A stretch of DNA of 64,000 bases from the human T2T-CHM13v2.0 reference genome, Homo sapiens, in the NCBI RefSeq assembly GCF_009914755.1, contig NC_060939.1. One strand, given 5' to 3'. Numbering within the stretch: position 1 is the first letter of the stretch; every line of letters begins with the position of its first letter. Below, piece by piece: positions 28,053 to 40,399 of this stretch. Under the pieces are notes generated by a model, which saw nothing but the letters and a program-made list of their open reading frames with translations, was not told where the DNA came from and made no database searches. A program made the position numbers and the translations under genes.

Positions 28053-28290
28053 TCAGGGTTTCTCAACCTCAGCACTACTGAGATTACAGACAATTTGTTG
28101 TTGTGGGGTCCATCCGGTGCACTATGGGATGGTTATTATTATCTATCTCTGGTCTTTATTTACTAGATGCCACCAGCAATTTTCTCCCCAGTCCCAAAAA
28201 ACAAAAATGTCCATACTCAGCCAAATGTCTCCTGTGGGGGTTTGGGCAGGTGGGAGGTGTGGCAAAATTATCCTTACTTGATAATTTTTC
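28053..28290 (+). mobile_element. MER20 hAT MITE
   Basis: cagggtttctcaacctcagcactactga...actagatgccaccagca...gccaaatgtctcctg. Confidence 0.8.
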
Positions 28291-29366
28291 TTTAGACATT
28301 ATTGCTGAATTTGCATCATACTTGGGTCATTCCATCTTTGCATTTTGAACTGTGGGGTGGTAGGGACAGGATTAAGAGGTGATATGCAAACCATCATACA
28401 GCAGGCCTCTCCCTGAGATCTAGGCTGACCTGGAAGACTGGATAAATGTTACAGACCCTGAACACTAGGTTATTAATGGTTTAATTGAGGGACAACAAAT
28501 TCAGATTTCACATGAGAAGAGGCCCCACCAGAAATGATCCTAGGCCAAAGGAACAAATATAGACCAAGGATCAAAAATTTGACCTTGCAGTCTTGGGTAA
28601 GGTGATGCAGCAGACAGAGAAGCCCAATCTTAAAGATCAGGCTCCAAGGGGTATTGAATGAGATTCAAAGGCAGAAATCAAGCCCAAGAAGACACAGGGG
28701 CCTCAGGCAAGGATTCAATTGGCAAAGAGAAGGAAGGACCAGTGTGGCTGAGGAAATGGGACCCAGGGCCTCCACGACTGGCTGCCAACATAACCATTGA
28801 CCCCTATTCATCAGCCCAAGACACAGAGCTCAGTCCCCAGAGGTGAGAAAGTGGCCCCAGTTTGGAAAAGCTCTTGGACTGTCTCCTATAGATCTCCCAT
28901 CATGAGACATCATCCCTTCCTTCAATAACTCTTTCTTAAAATTGTAGCACTGACTTTCCCAGAAATTAAGGATGTTTTACTTTTGTCATTTTTATTTGCA
29001 ACCATGTAAAACAAATCATCCGGCAACTGTCCTACCCTGGAAACAAGGGTTTGTTTCATAACATGGTCTGGGGTTCGTCCAACAACTCTCCACCGAGGCC
29101 CATGACGTTCTTTTCAGGCTAACTTCAGTAACACGTCTGAACCACAAGGCTCAGTTTACGAGAGTAACCACAAGGCGATGTCTACACTGATGCCAAGCAC
29201 AAGGACAAAAACCAGAAGGAAAAAAGGCAGTGTGAGGATCCAGGAGTTCTGTTCACCAATTTCAAACCTCCAGATGTTAGGAACTTTCTGCTTGGATTGG
29301 CCAAAATGATTGCTAGTTTCATGCACATGTGGGTAACAGGTAGCATAGGTTTGAGTTACCAGTTAG

Positions 29367-29371
29367 ACACA

Positions 29372-29415
<44 letters not shown>
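29367..29415. repeat. (CA)n microsatellite, ~20 perfect units
   Basis: Direct reading. Confidence 0.97.
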
Positions 29416-29419
<4 letters not shown>

Positions 29420-29819
29420 GAAGGCAAACATTTCCAGAAATACCTGATTACCACATGGAGACAATGTCTTAATCTACTACACAATAACCACCTCTGAACA
29501 GACAGTGAAGAGGATTTTAAGTGTTCCTGGAACTAAAAAATCAACCCAAATCTAAGAAAGCATTTCTTTACCACCTCCATTTTTGAGATTCTGCTCTGCA
29601 AAGTAGAGGAGGATAGAGCTTGAAGGCTCACTTTCAGCAAAACAAAAGAGAAACAAAAAAACCCGTAGGGTTGAAAACAAGGTTATTTGGAAGCTAGGTC
29701 CGAAAGTGCCTTACAAGATTTGTGGTGTGTTTGGAATTTAGCTTTCTCTTATCAGCTCTGACCGCTGAACATTAAACTAATGGAGCAAGAGAGGGAAAGG
29801 ATCTACAAGCAGCTTGTGG

Positions 29820-30360
29820 GAGAAATATATGAGAGGATGGAAAGTTTTTAAAAATGCGCTTTTCTGTCCTAAACTCTTTAGCAAAAATAAAAGTCTAAAA
29901 GGCAGAAACAAGCTTTCTCTGCCTCCAAAAGGAAACGAATGAGTGAATTAGCTCTCCGAGACACCTCAGCTCAGGTAATAAGGAAGGAAGGAACAGAGGA
30001 TGAAGGGCAGGATTAAAGCTGCTGAAATAGGGAACTCATTCTAAATTAGTCATTAACGAGAGGAAATAAAGAAAAGAAATCGGAGCAATTAGGAAGTAAT
30101 GAAATCCTTACCCAAATTGCTATTGTCAAAACCTAGATAAGAAAAGGCCTAGGAAATACGAATGTATACAAATCAGTAGATTCTGATGACCTGGCCCCTA
30201 GAATATTAAGGAAATTGGCTAACATACTAAATCACTTAGAGTAATCTGAGTTACAAATTGTTAAAAAAAACCATGGAAAATTGGGAAGCTAGCTGGAGGC
30301 AGGGGTAGAGGGGTGACAGAGAATAAAAGAGCTAAAAAATCCCACCAAAATGTTAAAGGG
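29820..30360 (+). mobile_element. Ancient CR1/L3-like LINE ORF2 remnant
   Basis: Collinear translated motifs GWKVFKNAL (29835), AEIGNSF (30021), NVYKSVDSDDLAPRILRKLANI (30161) resemble CR1 WxxFK, KAExLNxFF, DVxKSxGPDxxHPRVLxELA. Confidence 0.65.
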
Positions 30361-31455
30361 GCCACTGCTGAAATCACTTGCCAGGGTTTCTCACAGCCAT
30401 ATTTCAGTTTTATGTCATCATTTTGTGAAAAGAGAATTCAGCCTAAAGTAGCTAGGAAAATGACATGCAAATATATATTATCATAGGAATTTTAACAATT
30501 AATCGCAGGAAATTCTATTTTTTTTCCAACTATATTATTTCGGGAACTTTTAAAATAGGCCAGTGAGAATTTTGTTTGGAACTTTACAGGCAATTGCTAT
30601 AAGTTTACCAAATGGATATGACCTCCAAAGATTTGGAGAAAAATGCATTAGTGGACATGAAATGGCAAAATATATTCTTGAGGACACAGCTTCTCAGAAC
30701 GTACATCTAGAATCGTGAGCTCTGAATCAGGCCACCTCATTTCTTAAAAGATAGAGGTTTTATCATAGTCACAATTCAAATAAGACAAGTAGAAGGAGAT
30801 TTGGCCAATATCCAGAGACAGTAAAGTGCTTAAAAAAGGTGCTCAGATTTCATGGGAATCCAAAACGCACTGCAAGGTCAGCCTTACAGTGGTAGTGCAG
30901 GCCCCCAGGGCACTTGGCTGACAGCTCACTGACAGCCTGTGTGTGGCACAATTTGTGTGGCTTTAGTGGTGACAGGACCACTGCATTGGTCTGCTCCGGG
31001 GCTGTGCATTGCAGCATTTCATCAGGGATATTTTGGAGCACTCAGAGAAACAGAATGGTTACATGCACTTTGGAGCAAAATTCACTTATGATGAAATCCT
31101 AGCTCCCCCTCATAAGCTAACTTCTCTGTGCCTCAAACTTTTCACCTATGAAATGGCATTGCTAACTCCTATCCTGCAGGAGAGTTGGAAGAATTGATCA
31201 TATAGTGAATGCAGTTGATAGGTAACCAATAAAAATGTGGTTTTCTGAATTACCTTGCTGATTTACTAGAAGTTTGATTTGGTGAATTACTCCTTATAGC
31301 TGTCAGTAGAGATCTAGGGTGAGGTAACATTGATACTGATTTGTAATATTGATCTGCTTGGGGTAGTACAATGATTCTGGAGAAGCAGATAAATGGAAAT
31401 AAACCCTTTATAGTCTTCTTGCAGGTAGACATTCAAAAATCTCTCATTTGCCACC

Positions 31456-31595
31456 AACGGTTCTTAACCAGAGGAGATTCTGTTCCCCTACCACAAGGTG
31501 ACATTTGGCAATTTCTGGAGACATTTTTTTTGCCACAATTAGGAGGAGGTTGCTACTGGCATCTAGTGCATAGAGGCCAGGAGTGATGGTGAAAG
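31456..31595 (-). mobile_element. MER20 fragment
   Basis: gacatttggcaatttctggagacattttt...tgctactggcatctagtg. Confidence 0.8.
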
Positions 31596-32639
31596 CACAT
31601 AGACCTTTTTCATTCTAAGGATTCCCTATGCTCAACAGGCAGCCAAATATGAGTCTCAGAACCCGGTAGGAGAAACGAATGGAGGAGTCCCCATCATGGG
31701 GAGTCTTAATACTCAAGACTTCTGAAAGTCTAGACCAGGCTCAGGTCCCTCATGTGAAATGAGAGAAAGCAGTTAATTCCAAGACTTTGGGGGCTGAAAT
31801 CATTCCTAGATAGATCTGTCATGAAGAGGAGAGGGAACATTCTGGGCACTGGTCTGACATTAATTACCTGGCCATCCTCCTTCCTATCCACGATTCTTCC
31901 TTCCAAGGCTCAACTAAAAGCACTGAAACTTCTGAGGTGTGATATCCACAAAGGATGCAAACTCAGAAGCCTGCACTCTACTGTCCTTCTGTGCATGTGC
32001 TATAGCCAGTGACAGAAATGATGGCTTTAAGTTTCAGCACCACCATGCTTCCCATGGTTAATGTACAGGAGTGATGAGTCATTTGGCCCTAGAGACTAGA
32101 ATCTATACAGAGCAGAGCTGTACAGGCTATCCTGTCTTTTCTCATTAGAGTAGGAACCTAGAATGTAAGGCTTTCTTTCCTGGGAACCATTTCCAACCAC
32201 TGCCTTTGGTGTCTGCTTGAGAAGGTCATGTAGACAGATTTTGAGCTTTTGATCCACGCCCAGGTCATATCATCAGTGGGAGCTAATTTCAGCTCTGATA
32301 CCAGCTCTGGTTTTTGTTTTAGTGTTTCTTTGAAGGGATGATGTCCTCTAGTACCATGATGACTCATGTCAGCAAGCTCAACCTCAACAGAGTTATAAAC
32401 CTTCCTGCAATGAAATTCTCAGAGAGTTTACTCCACCCTAGGTAATCTATAAACCCTATCATCTACAGAGTGAAGTCCTTGTGCAAAATTTGGATCTATC
32501 CAGTGGTCCAGAGGAGGGATCCCCCTAACTAAGGACAGCTCCATTGTTCTCCAGGAATGGAAAGACTTGGAGACAACTTCAGGGAAATTGGAAGTTTGGG
32601 TGCTATTAGGAAGTATTTGGTAGGAAAAGACAGTGAATA

Positions 32640-33390
32640 TTTACATTTTATTCTTTTATTCCTGACATGCTAAAATATGTAGAGACATAAAACTAAGTAT
32701 ATATTCTTTATGCTTATAATTCTTATACAGCTATAAAATCAAAACAAAGTCACAAATCAAATACAAACAAAACCAATAACATTTAAATTAACAACATTAA
32801 TTTAATGTGATGGATATGGTTCTTTTGCTAAAACTAAATTTCAGCTCACAATGTGAATATGATACTGACTGCTGGAATAAATTATTTTGAATTTAGCATG
32901 CTAATACTAATGTGGGATCTGTGATGATTCAATTTTTTCATTACTTTTTTTCCTTTGCAAACTACTGCAGAGCTATCCCTGGTGCAGGATGAAGTGACAT
33001 CACTTAGAAAACATATTTGATGCTTTAGTCTACCTCTATTCTTTCCTCCTTTGCTCAGATAATTAGAATAGTACTAGTTGGCTTTGATGTGATCATAAAC
33101 TATAAATGTGGTCACTGAAATGGTGGCAGTATTTTCTTAAATAATGGTCATATTAAGGCTTTAGAAAATGCCTGTAAGATTATATAATTGGCATACATAT
33201 AAAATAAAAAAATTTTTAAATCATCATGGAAAAGTCATAGAACTCTCAGAAATGTGTAATGGACCGCTACTCCACCACATCAACTTTCTTAAATATCTAT
33301 TTGTAAAACAACAATGCAGGTAATGCAAGAATCAAGAAACCATGGTATATTAATATAAAACCACCTGTTGGTTGTGTATTTCAATGGTTC
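32640..33390 (-). mobile_element. Possible degraded hAT/Charlie-like DNA transposon remnant
   Basis: AT-rich block with weak resemblance to a hAT transposase 3' end; family not identified. Confidence 0.35.
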
Positions 33391-34907
33391 TCATCTCAGG
33401 TTCCTGGTTTAAAGAAGGACTCTTAAAGATTATCACAGCAAAGCATGGGTTATAAGGGACAGAATGGGTCAAGATAGGGAGGTCTAGGATCTAGAAGAGC
33501 AGAAGTGCTTAATTAGATGGTCCACTTCTAGATGGAATTAAGATTAGATGATCAGTTCATTTATGCAAAAGCAAAGGAAACAATAGATCCAATGGGAAAG
33601 AACGAATCTAGGCTTTCAGCACCTGCCAAAACTGGGGAGTGGTGAGTGGGGAAAAGAAACTCACCTGACCAATATGTTTTAAAATGATAAATACACAAAT
33701 GATTGATAAGTAATATAACTCATCCATTCACCTGTTCATCTATTCATTTATTTCTGCATATGAATATATTGAATACTTATTAACTCCTATATTAGCTGGG
33801 TAGTCAGTAAACAAAACACATTTCTTTTGACTAACAGAAGCACTGACCAAATTTTTACCACCAAGCCAAGGACAGAGGCAATATGCTTCCTGCCCTATTT
33901 GGAGCCTTCTTGTTTGACACCTGTTCTGCAGCCAGATGCTTCCAGGGAGACTGGGCCTTCAGGCAGAGGCTTTGTTCCTGCTCCCCGACCAGGGACCTGA
34001 CAGGAACACATAATCCCTATCAACTTTTGGTCAGAGACTTCTGCTATGGACTATTGCTTTATTTATAGCCCTGTGATCTCATTAACCCCCAAAAGGTAAA
34101 AGTATTCAGGTAGTGTTACAGATGGACATGTTTGTCTTTTCAAGATTCAGAAATATCATTAACAAAATACAGCCATGATTTTATTTAAAGCTATTCATTA
34201 GATATAAGTGAAACCAACTTGCTGCAGCAGCCTCTAGCTGCAAGTACAGTGGGGGCTCTCATAGTTCTCCTAGTTCATGTTGGAAGGCATCCTGGAGGCA
34301 GGATGGAGGAGAGAGAGGTAGGGGAGAAAGAGAGGCAGACAAGCTGGGCATGAGCCTACCCAGCTATGGGCATCTTCTGAAGACTTTAGACAATAGTCAA
34401 AAATGCAATGTAGGCTGCACTGACCTTTAAGAAATCCATTATGATGGGCATGTGCAGAGTTCTGGCATCTCTGGATGCTAGTCCTAAAAGTCCAGGTATC
34501 TTCTGAATTGAAACAGGATTGAATCTAATAACTAGAAGATAGAGTCTGGTCGACCAAGGGAGAGGGCTTTTTATTTCCCCAGCACAGAGTCTGGCAATGG
34601 TACATGAAGAGGAATGAACAGATGAATCTATGGAATCTAAGACATAGTCATCTGAGGCATAAGTTTCCAGGCTTAGGAAGGCAAGAAGATTCCAGGCTCA
34701 ACCTACTGGTAAAGTGGGCCCCTGAGAGAAGGTGTTGTCAGGCTTCGGGTTCATAGGCTCAGGGACTGGGAAGAGCTGGTTCTGGGCCCAAGGATCTTCT
34801 TTACAGGAGGAAGAAGTGATGGAGCAGGCAGAACAGAACAAGCTCAGCCTCGTTCGGTGAAGCAGCACACTTAGCTCTCATCTCTCATTTCTGTGAATGG
34901 AACACAC

Positions 34908-35468
34908 TCTGGTAGGTAGAATTCTAAGATGATCCTCAATTAGTGACACCCTTGTATTATCCTGTTTTCTTGAGGACAAGTGGAATTTGTGACTTGCTTT
35001 TAGACAAGAGAAGATGGTAAAGGTGATGGGATAATCACTCCCATGGCTACATTACATTATATAAGACTCCCTTGTAGCAGAGGGGAGGGAGATATTCTCC
35101 TGCCGGTCTTGAAGAAGCTGCCATGCTTTGAGATGGACGATAGAGGGGGCCACATGGAAATGACCTGAGGGTGGTCTCTGGGAGCTGAGAGTGGGAACTG
35201 ACTGATAGCCAGTAAGAAAGTGGGGAACACTGTCATACAGCTACAAGGAGATTAATTCTATCAACAACCTGAATGAATTTGGATTCCTCCTCAGTCAAGC
35301 CTCCAGATGAGAATGTGGTCCAGCCAACACCTCGATGACAACCTCTGTGGGACCATGAGCAAAGGATCTGTGAATCCCAACCCATAAGGCTATGAGATAA
35401 TAAATGTATATTGTTTTACATTTCTGAGTTTCTGGTAATTTATTATGCAGTAATAGATAGCTAATACA
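34908..35468 (+). mobile_element. MLT1E/F-like solo LTR
   Basis: tggtaggtagaattctaagatg...gccagtaagaaa...aagcctccagatgagaa...atagatagctaataca. Confidence 0.88.
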
Positions 35469-35583
35469 TGGTTAAGATATGAATCCCAGCTTCTGTCTCT
35501 CCAATTGTGTGTTAAAAAGTTACCTAAGCAGTTTGTGCCTCAGTTTCCTCATCTGCAATATGGAAAAAATAATAAAGGTTGTA

Positions 35584-35662
35584 TTAGGTTGGTGCAAAAT
35601 AATTGCAGCTTTTGCCATGAAAAGTAATGGCAAAAACCGCAATAACTCTTGCACCAACCTAA
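35584..35662. mobile_element. MADE1 (Hsmar1-derived mariner MITE) inside a MIR
   Basis: Palindromic ttaggttggtgcaa...ttgcaccaacctaa flanked by TA TSDs; MIR core gcctcagtttcctcatctg upstream. Confidence 0.95.
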
Positions 35663-36807
35663 TACCTGCCTCTTAGAATTTTATGAGAATTAAATTGGTA
35701 ACAGAACACAAATATCTTTATAACTAAAAATATAACGTTCCACCCCTATGCTGAGGACAGAATAACTACTATTATTTTTGATCTCCTATACCAAGACAGG
35801 TCCTATCACCGGGGAAGCTTTTGCTTGAGATCCAAAGCCCACATTCAGGTCACGTTACAGATGGACATATTTGTCTTTTCCAGAATCAGAGGCATCATTT
35901 CTGATCTCTCTTTCTAGATGTTATTCTCTGTCTGATCCTTTTCGCAATTTCAGCTTTCCTTCCTGTATGCTCAACTGCCTTCACATGCTGCCAGGCCTCT
36001 GATTGCAAGCCCCAGCCTAGTAATCAGAGCCCATATAAACATTTCCCCACTGTTCAGTCCAGTTCAGTTTCTGCCATTGGCTCTGCTTCCTTTGCACAGT
36101 ATCTGCAAACTTTTATGCCTCCTCGTTCTTCTGCCCAGACCTTCCAGATGCAATCTGCTTCCCCAAGACGATAGAGTTAATCAAGTCCTGGACCTTCCTG
36201 AATCATCCTGGTACTTATATATATGAATATAAAGTCAAGAACTGGACACTTTGGCTTATTACACCTGCAGACCACTGAGAACACTCCAATAAGCCAAACC
36301 CGAGACTCTAGTTCCAATTCTATTCAATTTCCTTGTCCTCATAATTGATCCCCATGAAAAAGAAAGGCAAAAGATGAAATAATGAAAGTGACTGAAAATC
36401 CCGTAATCCTGACACTGAGAAACTTCAAAAAGAGTCACATAGTGTCAGGGAAAGAGTAATTTAGAGGGAGGGGAACCTGGGGAACTTAGGTTTCTATCAG
36501 ATCTGTCATGACTGGTAACTCTTCAGACCTGGGACCCCAAGTGCCTGGAACACCGTAGAGCGTACAGTGGGCGCTCAGTAAATGTTGACTTGAACAAAAT
36601 AAGTCCATCAGGTAACAAGTCCTCTCATAGTCCAAGTTCTTCATTCATGAAATGAGGCTGGTAATTCCTAGATTGTAGGGCTGCCACAATAATGTACAAG
36701 TAGCTAAAATAGGGGCATGCCCATGGTAGGTGCATCATGTTAAGTTACCAGTAAAAAATAGCAGTTATTTTATTAAAGGGAACTGAACACTACCATCAAT
36801 TGAAATT

Positions 36808-37113
36808 TAAGTCTATCTAATACAAAGATACTGTAACCCCAAGTGTAAGCCACATATGTAATTTAAAATTTTCCAGTAGCCACATTATAAAGGTAAAAAG
36901 AAACAGGTGCCAATTTTAATAATGTATTTAATTTAATACACTATATCCAAAGTATTATCTTTCAATGTATAATCAATATAAAAATTATTAATGAAATATT
37001 TTACATTCTTTTTACATATTAAGGCTTTGAAACACAGTGTACATTTTAAACTTATAGTACATCTCAATTCAGAGAAGCCACATTTCAAGGGGCTACCATA
37101 TTGGTCAGTTCAG
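36808..37113. mobile_element. MER33 hAT MITE
   Basis: gccacatatgtaatttaaaattttccagtagccacatt...aaaagaaacagg...agccacatttcaag. Confidence 0.85.
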
Positions 37114-37237
37114 GTCTACAAAGTGAATCACCAACAAGCCAGTGAATTGAATGAAGTGGTCTGTTGGCATGTTAACAGCTGTACCAGTCTCTGTTCAACA
37201 TACGCACTATGAAGTGGAAGTAAAGAATAGATGATTA

Positions 37238-37650
<413 letters not shown>

Positions 37651-39329
37651 TCACCAAAAAGGGAAATGGTGCCCAAGCCAGAATAGCCTATGGTTAAGGA
37701 AAAGAACCTTAATTCTGGTTCCTTCCCTCCTTGATAAGATGCAAACATGAAATCATTCTGGGACTCACCCTCTTCTATGCTGAAGAGAGTGGAGAGGCAA
37801 GCCTGCTGATTACATCCCTGTATTCACTCTGCAGAAACGTTCCTTCTCCTAAGTTCTTTTCCAGCACTTCTTCATTGTCTTCAACAGAACGGCTTGCAGC
37901 AGGCTCTTTTATCACCCTTTTCTGCTCTCCCTTCTCCCTGTACTGGCCAACCAGAGTTCTTTTAAGATGGACAAAGGTGATGGGAAAGCACTTCTGCCTG
38001 CAAGGAATAGAGATGCAAGAAGGGACACCTTGGTGGAGTGCCATTTGAACGAATATTAATTAGCTCAGCAGCTAGTTCTGGACAATTGATTTCAAACTCC
38101 AGATGTTCTCATTCTAACTAAGAGTCATGTGGAAAAAAAATGAATTGATTAGTATCTTGTTCATTTTTGGTGTCATGTAGTGAAATAATCCAGGACTGCT
38201 GAGCTGATGGGATTTTGCTTTGTTCCTCTCTATTTTCAATAACATTTTAATGCACTTGCTCATTCCATCTCTCTTTTGCCTGGGGGGTATATTTTTCCTC
38301 TGTGTCCTTCAGATGCAACTGTGCTCTATTTTCTTCAATATAAGGCCCATCCTAACAGAGGAAAAGGTGGAAAATATGGTAGAATGAAAGGACATCATGT
38401 GTGTGTTTCCCTTAATGAGGTAAGAAATGGAGGGGGTCTTCATTTGGATCATGAAGGAAGGTCTTCATTTGGACCATTTATGGGATTTTTCTGAAGTTAA
38501 GTTTTCTGTAAATAGTGGGGAACAAAGCCCAGGCCTATGCTTAGAGTTTCCCAGGATAGGGTTTATTATATATCCAGTATTTGACATTTTGTAAGGGCTT
38601 GGCAATCATTATCAATGATTCAATTATGACAGGTAGCACCAATTATTCACAAAGACGAAAAGAGAAGATATAGAAATGGTGCTCACAGGTCATCCAGAAA
38701 ACATACCTTCATGCAATTTTGACAATAGCCTCATGATTGGAGTTTCATAACTTTTCCCTGTTTTTAATGAAGTAAGCCTTGGGATGGCCAGGACCTTGAC
38801 CCAAAGAGCAAAAAGGGTAAGAAGCCAGAAATTTAAGTGTATAATAAACCTTAGATCTTTGACTGTTTTTATATGCACACAGGTTACAGCTTGGGGTCCA
38901 GCCACACCTAATGCACAAGCCAAGAGTCACAATGAGCTCAGCACATCCCACGCAAAAGATGCTGGGAGGTCAGGACTATTTATACTCCTGGGAAAAGAAC
39001 AAAAAAGAGCCAGGAAGGAGTCACAGCTGGATTGCTCAGCACGGGTTGCAGATATTCATTGAGGTGGTACAGAAGGATGTCCAACAGAAAAGGAAAAAGC
39101 AAGGAAGCTATCGGTTCTGAGTATAAATGACCATAGGTCTCAACATCAGGAAATTTAGAAGTGTAGGAATTAATGGTATCAGAGACAGTGGGACCCAATA
39201 CTTTTGCATGAGACCCATCTTATCTTCCCAAGGAAGGACCAGTGAGGACAGTAATAACACACCAGTGAGAACTCTTATTGGTGCAGCCAAGTTAGAAAAT
39301 TTGGTGTCTGCAGGGAGCAACAGGTGATA

Positions 39330-39830
39330 ACACAACTCAATATGACTTAAACAAAACTCTTCCTCTTACCGCAGTCCTTCCTCCTCCAGAACTTCTCATA
39401 TCAGTAAAGATCACCTCCATACCCTGAGTTCATTATGGAAATCTTCAGCCAATCAGTCATGGAGTTCTGTCTATTGCTCCTCTCACACTTGTGTTGAATC
39501 TTTTCCACCTTCACCACCCTCCTCGAAAATACTGCCAGCTGTACTGAAGTACCCTCCGAACTATCCCCACTGGAAGCTCTCTGTTTCAATCTCTACATGG
39601 CAGTCAGAGACATCCTTGAAAAATGAAAATCCAGTCATATCACTCTCTCAAATAAAACTCCTCAATGGCTTCCAATTGCTCTGAGCTTAAACATCATATT
39701 TTTTTTTTTTACCTTGGGTGAGGTATTTTACCTCCCTATTCTTCCAGCTCACTCAACTCCAGACCCCTGGCTTCTTTTCAATTCCTAAGTGCAGGATGCT
39801 CTTGCCTGTTCTGTTTTCTCCATGAGGTGC
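39330..39830 (+). mobile_element. L2 fragment
   Basis: gtcatatcactctctcaaataaaactcctcaatggcttccaattgc. Confidence 0.7.
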
Positions 39831-40172
39831 ATGCTGAGCCTCCAAAAGTTCATCAAAGGTAACAATATAATAATGGTGGGGGTATGGGGAGGGTATGTGA
39901 CAGTGAATTCTGTACATGCTAAAGGAGTGAAAGAGCTTCTGGTGTAAACCCTCACGTTTTTCTTGAGGAAACTGAGGCTGAGATAAGTAAAGTGGCTTTC
40001 TTAGGGCCTCACTCTAGGTCAGTGAACCAGAAAGAGAATGCAGTTTCCCTGACAAGTTTTGTGCCTTTTTTCATGAAAACTTGCTGGATCCAGTCCTCTC
40101 TCCATGACCAAATGCTGCCAAAGTGTCAGACTTGTTTTTAACATAGTGCTTGATCTTGCCAAAGGTTTAGAT

Positions 40173-40399
40173 CAGGGGTCAGCAAACTATGGCCCGTGGG
40201 TCATGCCCAGCTTGCCACCTGTTTTTGTAAGTTAATTTTTACTGGAACCCAGCTATGCTCATTTGTTTGTTTTGTATTGTGTATGCCTAATTTTGTGCTA
40301 CAAAGGCAGAGTTGAGTAGCTGCAACAGAGACCTTCTGGCCTACAAAGCTGAAAATATTTACTATCTGAGTCTTTACAGAAAAAGTTTGCTGTCTCCTG
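40173..40399 (+). mobile_element. MER58A hAT MITE
   Basis: caggggtcagcaaactatggcccg...tttacagaaaaagtttgctgtctcctg; TSD gtttagat/gtttaaat. Confidence 0.92.
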
